A stretch of DNA of 64,000 bases, taken from the NCBI RefSeq assembly GCF_963676685.1, contig NC_092347.1, positions 86,304,001 through 86,368,000 on the forward strand, in the 5' to 3' direction. The notes under the pieces were generated by a model, which saw nothing but the letters and a program-made list of their open reading frames with translations, searched no databases and was not told the origin of the DNA. Shown piece after piece: positions 26,826-39,009 of the stretch; the first letter of the stretch is position 1; the number at the start of each line of letters is the position of its first letter. Source of the DNA: Mytilus edulis (lineage: Eukaryota). The translations under genes and the position numbers were made by a program.

Positions 26826-28280
26826 TATAGTAATCTTATGGCCACACTTAGCTTACAAGGGTGTGACATCTCTATAGAAATCCTATGGCCACACTTGGCT
26901 TACAAGGGTGTGACATCTCTATAGAAATCCTATGGCCACACTTGGCTTACAAGGGTGTGACATCTCTATAGGAATCATATGGCCACACTTGGCTTACAAG
27001 GGTGTGACATCTCTATAGAAATCCTATGGCCACACTTGGCTTACAAGGGTGTGACATCTCTATAGTAATCCTATGGCCACACTTGGTTTACAAGGGTGTG
27101 ACATCTCTATAGAAATCCTATGGCCACACTTGGCTTACAAGGGTGTGACATCTCTATAGAAATCCTATGGCCACACTTGGCTTACAAGGGTGTGACATCT
27201 CTATAGAAATCCTATGGCCACACTTGGCTTACAAGGGTGTGACATCTCTATAGTAATCCTATGGCCACACTTGGCTTACAAGGGTGTGACATCTCTATAG
27301 AAATCCTATGGCCACACTTGGCTTACAAGGGTGTGACATCTCTATAGAAATCCTATGGCCACACTTGGCTTACAAGGGTGTGACATCTCTATAGAAATCC
27401 TATGGCCACACTTGGCTTACAAGGGTGTGACATCTCTATAGTAATCCTATGGCCACACTAAGCGTACAAAGGTGTGACATCTCTATAGTAATCCTATGGC
27501 CACACTTGGCTTACAAGGGTGTGACATCTCTATAGAAATCCTATGGCCACACTTGGCTTACAAGGGTGTGACATCTCTATAGAAATCCTATGGCCACACT
27601 TGGCTTACAAGGGTGTGACATCTCTATAGAAATCCTATGGCCACACTTGGCTTACAAGGGTGTGACATCTCTATAGAAATCCTATGGCCACACTTGGCTT
27701 ACAAGGGTGTGACATCTCTATAGAAATCCTATGGCCACACTTGGCTTACAAGGGTGTGACATCTCTATAGTAATCCTATGGCCACACTTGGCTTACAAGG
27801 GTGTGACATCTCTATAGTAATCCTATGGCCACACTTGGCTTACAAGGGTGTGACATCTCTATAGAAATCCTATGGCCACACTTGGCTTACAAGGGTGTGA
27901 CATCTCTATAGAAATCCTATGGCCACACTAGGTGTACAAAGATGTGACATCTCTATAGAAATCCTATGGCCACACTTGGCTTACAAGGGTGTGACATCTC
28001 TATAGTAATCCTATGGCCACACTTGGCTTACAAGGGTGTGACATCTCTATAGAAATCCTATGGCCACACTTGGCTTACAAGGGTGTGACATCTCTATAGT
28101 AATCCTATGGCCACACTTGGCTTACAAGGGTGTGACATCTCTATAGAAATCCTATGACCACACTTGGCTTACAAGGGTGTGACATCTCTATAGTAATCCT
28201 TTGGCCACACTTGGCTTACAAGGGTGTGACATCTCTATAGAAATCCTATGGCCACACTTAGCTAACAATGGTGGACATCT
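26826..28280. repeat. 47-bp minisatellite (ATCCTATGGCCACACTTGGCTTACAAGGGTGTGACATCTCTATAG(A/T)A), about 31 highly homogeneous copies
   Basis: Period of 47 measured (26881, 26928, ...). Starts about 80-90 nt after the distal TBRG1 AATAAA. Confidence 0.97.
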
Positions 28281-29394
28281 CCACATTCTATTTCCTTTTA
28301 GAAACCTTTTGAGATACTGGTTTTGTAGTAATGATACACACCTTCAACAATTTAAATGCTAAAATTTCATTGGCTTTTATCATAATTGCCAGAACAGAAA
28401 TTGAAACCAAGCATTGTCACATCCATGTAAGCAAAGCTTGGGCACAAGATTTTATTATCATTTCATATGATATGGTTTGGAAAGTATGAAGACAAATACT
28501 TAGTTTCACAAACTTTTCTTCTTGTCACAAAACTGCAAAATATAACTGTATTTGATGACTTGTTTACTAGGAAGGATGGTAATGGGTGCTTGTAACCATA
28601 AAATTTCATACAATAATTGCCACACCAGTTACCCAAATTTATTGTTTATGAAAGGATAAAGTCTAGGATTAAAACCTAACTTTTGGTAACGTTTTTATAT
28701 GAAAAAAGAATATTTTTAACACAGATTTTCTGTTAAACAGCAACTGGTTAAGGTCACAGAAACTAAGATAGATCCATAACAGTGCAGAAAAGGGTTAAGG
28801 GTAATATGTCTTCCTGAGAACTGTTACATTGTGAACTAGCAGATTAAAAATCTGGCTCAGCTTTGCAGTTTAGTACAAAAGCAGGGCTGCTATTCATATC
28901 ATATTAACATGTTCTTGTCCTGAATATGTATATATCTTGCTGCTGGACGTTCCACATGTATCCATCATTTTAATGGGTTTGAGATTTACATGTCCATGGT
29001 CAAGGTTACAAAGATACTTTAACAAAAAATCAAAATAAAAGCAGAGATTTTATGACAACAACTTATGAAGAATCTTGATTTATTATTATAACCTAATTTA
29101 GGTTTATGATCTAACTGAATAACCATACTAATATTTTGGTAAATATCTGTGATATTGTATGAATGTAAGGTATACATGTCTTTCACACAGGATTCATCTG
29201 ACATCATGTTGATGGTATATTGTATGATTGTAAGGTATACATGTCTTTCACACAGGATTCATCTGACATCATGTAGATGGTTCATTAGTGTATGTGCAAC
29301 AGCTTAACAATATTGGAGATCTGAATTGATTGTATAAAAATGATGAAAAAATGAAGGTGTACATGTCTGTATAGCAGGGTTCATCTAACCTTGC

Positions 29395-29675
29395 CCTAAT
29401 TATACCCTGCTTTAAAAAATTGGGGTTATACCGTTTCACCTTTGTCTGTTCGTCTATCCATCAGTTCTTACATCTGTCCCATGTATATTTTTCGTGGCAT
29501 TCTTCTCATTAACTACATTACATGGATTTCTGAAATTTTGTTTCATGATTTTTTTGAGTCGTCTATACAGTGTGATGCGTTTTCAAATTCATCATTCAAC
29601 AATTCCTGTACTTTACCTTATACTGTTGGCGGGCGAGAGTATCATTAATGAACAGTAGAGCACAAATTCACTTAT
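29395..29675 (+). mobile_element. Degenerate HINE/Helentron-type non-autonomous element (same family as 59649-60340)
   Basis: 5' TATACCC..GGGGTTATA hairpin followed by GTCTGTTCGTC, shared core TGTGATGCGTTTTCA, and 3' GGCGGG..TATCATTAATGA..AGTAG. Other degenerate copies at about 12340-12560 and 31340-31690. Confidence 0.6.
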
Positions 29676-30346
29676 TTTATTGGTTTATTGGTCAATGTAA
29701 AGTTTTGTGGTTATGTTCGTTTCTCAGAAACTAGAAGCAATAGGTCAACTATATTTTGTAAGTGGATTGATTGTATGGTGTACATTTCCGTAGGTAAGGG
29801 TTTCCACCGACCTCAACCTAATTTTCATAATTTGTTGGTCATCATTATGTTACGAGGTTAGGACTGTTTCTCACATACTGTATGCAACATGTCAATTATA
29901 TTTGGTGTATGGAATGATTGAAAGATGTACATGTCCGTATGGTACGATTAATCTGACCTTGGCCTCAATTTCATGGTTCATTGCTTAATTCAATTGTGGT
30001 TATGTCCGTTTTTCTAATTCTTTTTAAGCAACATGAACATTATAGTTGGTAAGTGGAACATATCTGCCTTGCAGGGTTCGTCTTACTTTGACCTCAATTT
30101 TCAAAATCATTTTTCTAATGAACTGATTATTTCCTATCAGAGAATATCTCGGTAAGTTCAAAACCTGTCTTATCCTTTATCATTTTTCTTCTTTTATTTT
30201 TAAATCATTGTATGTTTTACGGATTTTTTTTATCTACATGTACCTTATTTCTTTTCTGTGCTTCTTGTTACCACTAGCTAAATTAAATGTTAATTATGAT
30301 AATGCTACGCTGGTTTGAAAAACACTAAGTTGTCCTTACATCTAGC

Positions 30347-30382
30347 CAGGGACTTTCTATACTTTAGTATAGAAAGTCCCTG
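30347..30382. mobile_element. 36-bp perfect palindrome, probable TIR-only transposon remnant
   Basis: CAGGGACTTTCTATACT-TT-AGTATAGAAAGTCCCTG, flanked by ATCTAGC and ATCTGGC (7-bp TSD with 1 mismatch). Confidence 0.65.
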
Positions 30383-32012
30383 ATCTGGCACAGTGTAAAT
30401 CAACAAATCAGTTTTAATTCAAGCATTATTTCAAAAGAAAAAGTTGTATTTCCTGTTGTAAATAAAATCAACTAAATAATAGGATTATTAATGCTTATAC
30501 TTATAAACAGCCTAACCATAAACATGTCAAGTAAGATTCCGATGACTTGTGAACTTTTTACCCTTAAAAATGTTATTCAGACGTGTAAACATGTGACGAT
30601 TGAAAACCGTCAAAACGGGAAAACAAGATAATTTGTATATAGGACAGTGCATGAAAGTATAATAAGACCATTCGAAATAAACTGGTACAACCTGGGAACA
30701 GTTTTGTTCTAACGTGAAATAAATCTGATGGGCTTTTCAGTATAAAATATATAAAATATAGTCAATATATATGTTCCTGGTACAACTAAGAAAAATGAAC
30801 CAAATAAAACCTTAGTCCATGATCTGTATGTGATAAAAGAATATCGTGATTTTTGTTTCGATCTATTTTTATTTTTGGAAAGAAATTTTAGCAGTGAAAG
30901 GTACAGTTTTGGTTATCAGGGTAAACACTCATGCAGAGTCCTGTCTTTCAAATTGCCTTTCCTAAAGATAAAATTCGAAATTTTGATTTAATTTTTGGTC
31001 TGACCAATTAAGAACAAAACATTTGGCAAATTAGTATTATGAAGATTCTTAAGCGATAGTATTTCACTGTGATTCGCCAACTGTTGTGCCAAAGTTATTA
31101 TGAATAAAACTGTAGTCGGAATTCATCTGAACAGTAATAATTATAAACTTATGAAACCCATTTTAAATGTGTTCTCTACTGAGACCACTATAAAAAGTGT
31201 GTTATAGTACTCTCAGATTTCTATTATACAATCATTTATATTGCCAAATGTGATTCAAAGACTTTTGGTTTGGGAAAATGCACAAACGTGCACATAAAAT
31301 CTTTTAATACACTAGTCACTAGCCCAACGTTGGACGTTTGGTGGTTTACGTACATTCATCCCAATTAAATTTTCGTCGCACTTTTCAGCGGAACAACAAG
31401 TCAGATGTTGACAAGCTTCAAATGAATATGCTTTTCTGTGTGTTGCTTTTCACATTTATTGCTCGTTAACTTCCTGATTGCCGAATACTTCTATATTCTT
31501 ACACGTAATGGCCATGTATATGGATTATTCGACGCATTTTGTCAACAAAAAAGTCCAGGCTTCGTTTATTTATAGCAGGCTTCATGTGAGCATGCTTTAT
31601 CATGTGATGCTCTTTGGCATACTTCTTGAAGTTTGACAAATACTTATAGTACCGGTGGTATCATTAGTGAGCACTATAGATAAAAGCTTAACTACTATAT
31701 ATATATATATGCCTGTTGAGATACGGATTTGGGTGAAATATAGGAGGCCCTGAACTATTTCTTAGTTCGATTCAAGATGACGCTATGCACAGTTTAATCA
31801 CAACAGAGTATTTAGGTAACAGTTCTCTTTATTTTTAACCTTATTAATAAAATAAAAGTAACTAAAACTAGCATCAATAGGGATAACGTATTTAAGACAT
31901 ATTACACACTTGATTTCGAATAAACTTGGATTATATGTGATCCCAAAACGCTATAAAACAGTGTAAGGAAAATAGACATTATTCATCGGTTTGACACTCT
32001 CACGATAGCAGG

Positions 32013-35000
32013 ATGAGGGCTTTTGTTTTGCTATGTATTTTGTCTGTTTCATTTAGGCTGTGTACGGGCGCTTGTTTTATGATTCAACAAAAAGGTAAGT
32101 TATTTCTGGAATTCCGTTTGAAGTGTTTTGGAGATGTTATGCTTGGGTAAACAAACAAAAAATAGGGAACAGAAAGTATGGGAATTAAAACTTAGGTGAT
32201 AGGTTTGAATGCCAAGAAAAGACGAAGTTTTCAAATTTTAATTATAATTCGTAAATTAACAAAAGGACATCTCAAGACAATAGCCAAAATCAGGGAAAAG
32301 GACGATAACCGACAAAAGAAATATTTAAAAAAGAAAGAAAATAAAGAGGGTAAAAAAATACCAAATAGATATTCACACTTACATATCGATGAAAAACTAA
32401 CTAAGCCATGGCAAAAAATGTAAACAACGGAAAGACAAACAATTATTATAGTCTCTACAACATAAAAAACAACGGAAAGACAAACAATAGTCTGTACAAC
32501 ATAAAAAAACAACGGAAAGACAAACAATAGTCTCTACAACTTAAAAAAAACATGAAGACTGAGCAAAATACTTGCAATTATGACACTACCCGAATTTCCA
32601 CGTGATGAGCCTCTGATATTTTCTGTTCGCAAAAAACGAAATCGATGCATTTTGCAACTTTCGCGAAATGAAATTTCTAAGGCGAAACAGATGCTGCATC
32701 CGCTGCTGATGTAGAAGTTTGAATAACTTTGATAAAGCTAGGAACTATATGTCGGATGTTCAAATAAACCTGAGAATGGAAATGGGGAATATGTCAAAGA
32801 GACAACAACCCGACCGAACAGCCCAAGCAAGGCCACCAATGGGTCTTCAACACAGGAAATGTCTTGAACAATAGTGATAAAAATAAAATTGAGAATGGAA
32901 ATGGGGAATGTGTCTAAGAGACAACAACCCGACCATAGATTAGACAACAGCAGATGGTCACCAACAGGTTCAATGCAGCGAGAAATTCCTGCACCCGGAG
33001 GCGTCCTTCAGCTGGCCCCTCGACACATATATATACTAGTTCAGTGTTAATGAACGCCATACTAAACTTCAAATTGTATACAAGAAACTAAAATTAAAAA
33101 TAATACAAGACTAACAAAGACCAGAGGCTCCTGACTTGGAACAGGCGCATAAATGCGGCGGGGTTAAACATGTTTATGAAATCTCAGCCCTCCCCTTATA
33201 CCTCTAGCCAATGTATAGTAGAAAAGTAAATGCAACTATAACAATACGCACATTAAATTCAGTTCAAGAGAAGTCCGAGTCTGATGTCAGAAGATGTAAC
33301 CAAAGAAGAAAAAAAACCATAAATAACAACAGACCACTAGCAGTTAACTGACATGCCAGCTCCAGACTTCAATTAAACTGATTGAAAGATTATGTCTTCA
33401 TCATATGAGTATCAGGCAAATCCTTCCCATAAGGGGCTTAGTATCATACCATCATAACATATATGAGAAGAACATAACCCGTGTCATGCCAACAACTTGT
33501 TTTAAATAAATGTGTTCAGTTCCGATGCAAAGACCCAATAAGTGAATCAAAATTAACGCCAAAATATGCAACCTTTAATGACCTGGCAACAGTATCGTAA
33601 CTATATCCCTTCTTAATAAGTCTATTTAAAGGTTTTGTTAGCTCCTGAGGTGAATACTGACATTTTTGTGCTTTATAAAGAATATTTCCATAAGAAAATT
33701 GGATGTGAAATACCTGAACGTATAAGAAGTCTGCATGTTGAGCTATATTTACGAATGATGTCCTTATACCGATGATAAAATTTAGTAAATGTTTTGACTA
33801 GTTTGTGATATCGAAAACCCTGGTGTAATCATTTTTCAGTAATACATAAATTTCTCTCGTTAATATCTAAAACGTAGTTACATACACGAGCGAATCGTAC
33901 AAGTTGAGGTATATAAACACCGTAAGATGGTGACAAGGGAACATCACTATATAAAAATGGATAATTAACGATAGAAAATGAAAAATCATCTCTTTTATCA
34001 TAAATTTTAGTATTAAGCTTTCCGTTAATGATATAAATATCAAGATCGAGGAAAGGGCAGTGGTCATTGTTAGTATTAGCTTTATTTAAAGTAAGTTCAA
34101 CAGGATAAATTTCTTTAGTATACATACTTAAGTCGTCATTATTGAGAGCTTAAATATCATCCAAATATCTAAAAGTGTTATTAAATTTGTTTATCAGATG
34201 TTGTTTCGATGGGTCTTTGCTGATTTTTGTCATAAATTGTAACTCATAGCATTACAAAAACAGGTCCGCATTAATTGGTGCACAGTATGGCCCCATTGGA
34301 ATTCCGATGACCTGACGATATACGTAATCCCCAAAGGGAACAAGAATGTTATCTAGTAAAAATTCAAGGGCAGATATAGTATCAAATAAAATTGAGAATG
34401 GGAATGGGGAATGTGCCAAAGAGACAACAACCCGACCATAGAAAAAAAACAACAGCAGAAGGTCACCAACAGGTCTTCAATGTAGCGAGAAATTCCCGCA
34501 CCCGGAGGCGTCCTTCAGCTGGCTCCTAAACAAATATATACTAGTTCAGTGATAATGAACGCCATACTAATTTCCAAATTGTACACAAGAAACTAAAATT
34601 AAAATAATACAAGACTAACAAAGGCCAGAGGCTCCTGACTTGGGACAGGCGCAAAAATGCGGCGGGGTTAAACATGTTTGTGAGATCTCAACCCTCCCCC
34701 TATACCTCCAGCCAATGTAGAAAAGTAAACGCATAACAATACGCACATTAAAATTCAGTTCAAGAGAAGTCCGAGTCTGATGTCAGAAGATGTAACCAAA
34801 GAAAATAAACAAAATGACAATAATACATAAATAACAACAGACTACTAGCAGTTAACTGACATGCCAGCTCCAGACTTCAATTAAACTGACTATTAGATTA
34901 TGATTTCATCATATGAACATCAGGTACAATCCTTGCCGTTAGGGGTTTAGTATCATACCATCATAACATATATGAGAAGAACATAACCCGTGTCATGCCA

Positions 35001-36737
35001 ACAAGCATGTCCAATTAATGTACATAGTTTTTTTGTTTATTGATACTAAAAAATTACCTAAAAGAGTTTGAACATATATATTCTGACTTTTTAAATGCCC
35101 ATTTAATTAGGTGTGTGAATTTTTCTTAATGAGAATGTGAGGCAATGTGGTATATAGGGTAGAAAAATCAAAACTTTGAACGGATTCAAAATCACCAATA
35201 TAAGCATGCAATTTATCAAGTATTTCCAACGAGTTCTTGACACTCCAAAGGAATTGATTCCACTATTTTCGAAGGCCTTATTTGAACAATTTATTATCAG
35301 GTTTTTGATTATACCAAGTGTACTGGTAAGAAGAATAGACAATTTAGTAGTGGAACAATGGCTTGAAGACGAAATAAATCTATATTTGTAAGGTGTTTTG
35401 TGTAGCTTCGGAACTTTCATTGTATTTGGTTCTGCTTGTAAAGCGACAGCTAAAAGTGTATGTTTGTTACAGATGTCGTTTTCTGAAAATGGAGTCAGTT
35501 GGAATGTTGGTGAATTGGTGATTTCTTTTCTCAGAACCTCAATGTAAAATTTTCGTCAAACAATAACAATATTATTAGCAGCTTTATCGGCCGGAACAAA
35601 AACAAATTCTTTGACTAGTTCTTTTGGTTTATGTTTGATACGAGAAATAGGTTTATTGTGGTTATTGTTAAGAATAAAATGTTCTTTAAAATGTTGAATA
35701 CGTATATCAACTATGTTCATTACTGAATTAAAAAAAGAGTCCAAAGATTTTTTGTCAGCAATTGGTAGGTTGTTCGAACGTCTTAGAAAAAATATGCACT
35801 ATTTGTGGAATCTTCCAGTGACTTTTGAATATAGTTATATACTATTTGTGGAATCTTCCAGTTAATAAAGTTATGTATTGATTACAGGCTGCTACTATGA
35901 TAAGATAGGCTTCCTTATTCCATCCAAGGGAAGTGTAACAGTGTGGACTCCTGATTGTGTAGACTGTGCATGTGTTGCTACTGGAATCGATTGTTGTTCG
36001 TATGTATACAATCTATACTTGTTGTTCGTATGTATACAATCTATACTTTGTTGTTCGTATGTATACAATCTATACTTGTTGTTCGTATGTATACAATCTA
36101 TACTTTGTTGTTCGTATGTATACAATCTATACTTTGTTGTTCGTATGTATACAATCTATACTTGTTGTTCGTATGTATACAATCTATACTTGTTGTTCGT
36201 ATGTATACAATCTATACTTTGTTGTTCGTATGTATACAATCTATACTTTGTTGTTCGTATGTATACAATCTATACTTGTTGTTCGTATGTATACAATCTA
36301 TACTTGTTGTTCGTATGTATACAATCTATACTTGTTGTTCGTATGTATACAATCTATACTTTGACGCTATTTGCTGTACAATTATAACATGCTTAAAATA
36401 CCATTTTTCATTTGTAATCTGTGAAAAACAATGTTTACTTTCATCAAAAACGGAATCGACGAATTTATCAGAATGATAAGAGGTTTGGGTATATGTCAAT
36501 GAGACAGCATCCCAACAACAAAAACACAATGTATACTTAATTACCCTCTGATATTTGTTAAGAATTTGGTAAAAAAAAATAATGTTCATTCATTAAAGTA
36601 TATATATTTACAGAACTGCAGGTAGACCGACAGAGTTCCCAGATGATTGTGAGATAGTAATGGATGGATGCTATGCTAGAGTGGTCAAGAAAAAGGATCA
36701 TACCATAGAGTGTCCAATCTTTGCTATGGTTGGATAA
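32013..36737 (+). CDS. Beta-microseminoprotein (MSMB/PSP94)-like protein A, 105 aa, canonical 10 mature Cys; join(32013..32094,35888..35999,36614..36737)
   Basis: MRAFVLLCILSVSFRLCTG|ACFMIQQKGCYYDKIGFLIPSKGSVTVWTPDCVDCACVATGIDCCSTAGRPTEFPDDCEIVMDGCYARVVKKKDHTIECPIFAMVG. Signal peptide, WxxxCxxCxC-x6-CC and C...C...VVxKKD..C match the MSMB pattern. Intron phases 1 and 2 are consistent; TATAAAA at 31952. Confidence 0.92.
33401..33466 (-). promoter_or_regulatory. SECIS element (type II), copy 1, in the PLE 3' UTR
   Basis: Minus strand reads UCAUAUAUGUU-AUGA-U-GGUAUGAUACU-AAG-CCCCUUAUGGGA-AGGAUUUGCC-UGAU-ACUCAUAUGA, starting about 50 nt after the ORF stop. Confidence 0.75.
34909..34975 (-). promoter_or_regulatory. 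SECIS element (type II), copy 2, in the nested PLE 3' end
   Basis: AUGA-U, an 11-bp helix II (GGUAUGAUACU:AGGAUUGUACC), an AAA bulge, a short apical helix and UGAU; helix I is UCAUAU:AUAUGA. Confidence 0.8.
35992..36361 (+). repeat. 28/29-bp tandem array that starts at the MSMB-like A exon 2 donor; 13 copies of TGTTGTTC|GTATGT
   Basis: Donor G positions: 36000 (authentic), 36028, 36057, 36085, 36114, 36143, 36171, 36199, 36228, 36257, 36285, 36313, 36341. Confidence 0.97.
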
Positions 36738-39009
36738 TAATGTTTCCCTGTCTTTATTTGATTTGAACAGATTTTTTTCGTATGCTGTTGAGACATAATT
36801 TAACATTCATTTGATGAAAATATTTTAAAGAAAAAAGTTTATCATGCTATGTACAACTCCGACTTGTTTTGCTTTATATTTAATTGCCTTATCTTTATTC
36901 AAGATAGTGGAATTATTTAACTTGTATTAAATACTTTTTTCAAAATACAATTTCTGGATCGTCAGAACTTAGCGAAATATGGTCTTTAAACCAAGCAAAT
37001 TCTTTTTATTATGTTTTCATTAAAAAAGACTATTTTTAAATATAAAACAGTCTGGTTTTCTTTTGAACGCCAAACAAAACAGTGATACATAATTTTTCTT
37101 GACCGCTGTAATGCCCCAAAACAGAGAAAGAATGTCAAACACAGCCTACGCAAAAATGCAGTGCTAACATTGTTTGGTTTAATTCAACCAGGCAACAACC
37201 AATGCACTGAGTGCAAGCAAATGGCATTGTCGTGGACTAACACAAAGATCACAAAAATAGTAACAAATCAGTGTTAAAATGTATTAAATAAACCTGCACA
37301 GACAAAAAAAAACATTGAATGACTCGTATGTAGTATCTTTTTCCACATGTCGTAGCCACCATCCAAATTCCCAAACTGTTCCCTTGGTACCTTCTCCCTT
37401 TTAGTTGATAGCAATTGTCAATTTTGAGACCATAGTTTTTGGTTTGCCGAAGATTCACTTGAGGAATAAATGTCACACTACAGAATGATATGCCACCAAA
37501 GTTTACACCATAACACCTAATTAGCTGTTGGTTTCTGTCTTAAATAGCGTTCAATAAAGGATATACAATGCACAATCGTTGGTTTATTAAAAAGATACCA
37601 TGAGTCCAGAGTGCGAATTGTATATTTTTTACCACCTAACGCTTATTCAATGTGTCTTTTATTCGAATCATTGTTGTGAGTGACGACCTTTCAAATTAAG
37701 TAGGCAAGTAAGCAAGTTCATTTTATTAAGAGCTTGCACAAATGTACAGTTAACAATTAACGTGACCTTAAGATAGCTTTAACCATCGACAATAGCATAC
37801 ATACATGTACAAGACATTACAATAAAAAAAAAGAACCATATAAGAAAAATACACATCAAAATAAAGATATTAGAACACATGCTTATCTAATAAGATTAAC
37901 ACAAAATAAATTCCAATAAAAAAAGCATTATCTTAAAATATTTAACATTCTCTTGAAATAAAAGCACTTTTAAAATCTTGAACACGAATAATAATTCAGA
38001 AAAAATCAATGAAGTTATATCAAGTTTTAAAATTCAGCAGGAGAAGAAAGCACTGGTTACATGAAGCTATTTAAAATAGCATATAGCCAGGAATGAAACC
38101 AATATGAAATTATGTACAAGATGTAGCAATCACTGCCTGCGAGTGGAGACATGTGATGGCATAATGTTCCAAAACTAGATAGATTATGCCACAATTTCTT
38201 CTCTCCTAATATCAGCGATATATTCCATTAATATGTAATGTCTAGTACCCCCCCTTTTTTTTTTAAAGCGATATAGATATTTAACACACAAGTTCTATAC
38301 ATATATCAAAAGTCTTAAATTCAATAAAGTATTCACAGCAGAGAATATTATTTGACCATAAAGTTTGTAGATTTATTAAAAATTATACTTCAATTAAAGT
38401 CTATCCAACTGGTTACAGAACTATTATTTATGTATTAACACGTGCATTTTGTATCTTATCTCTGTAATTCAGATAACGAGTATAAAGATCCATCCATTTG
38501 TAGATATATACAAGTGCGAAATGAGGCCGCTCCAATCATGCTTCAGTGATTCCCTATATAATCAACCAAACCCCACCCCCCCCCCCCCCCTCTCGCTGGA
38601 TTCGTCTATGCTAAGATACATGATGTTTTATTAGGTAATATCATCTTCAGTACGGGACTTGAGGTCAATTTAATTATGAATCCAAGAAGGCATCTTTTTA
38701 TGTCGGTGCTCTCTTACACGTGCGCGGTTCAACGTGCCAAACTTAAGTTTGAGGAGATTCTCTGACGCTTTGTTTCTAAGACATAGACCACACACTCTTC
38801 GTTAGAGACACGCGTAAAATAAATTGCACACTGTTAAATGGAGGAGTCGCCTTATTTGTTTTAACATTCATTGTTAAACCCGAACACATTACTATTTTAT
38901 TGCGTATTTGGTGTAACAGGTTGGAATGATTTTAATCCGCTACAAAGTACAATTCTTCATAGTATTACGATGGATTATGAAGCGAAAATATCGATGAAGT
39001 TACGACGTG

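Larger units (their letters stand above)
32763..35760 (-). mobile_element. 5'-truncated, decayed Penelope-like retroelement (Naiad-type RT) in intron 1 of MSMB-like A, with a partial tandem terminus (32763-32855) and a nested copy of its own 3' end (34385-35002)
   Basis: RT motifs VPADKAANN, PKLHK.PYK.RFI, YRQVIGIPMG..CAP..ADLFL, FRYLDD, and KIYDKRDDF.F.IVNYP..SYGVYI.QLVRFAR. The ORF ends near 33517 with no C-terminal GIY-YIG. Several stops and frameshifts. Confidence 0.9.

Noticed and set aside
33829-33831. Second in-frame TGA in the PLE (TEK*LHQGF) as selenocysteine
   Set aside because: The position reads most naturally as Leu (TTA to TGA) in a copy that also has TAA stops and frameshifts, so it is probably decay.
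35955-36476. Long Cys/Tyr-rich ORFs as independent genes
   Set aside because: Translations of the 28/29-bp array. Only 35888-35999 is a supported exon.
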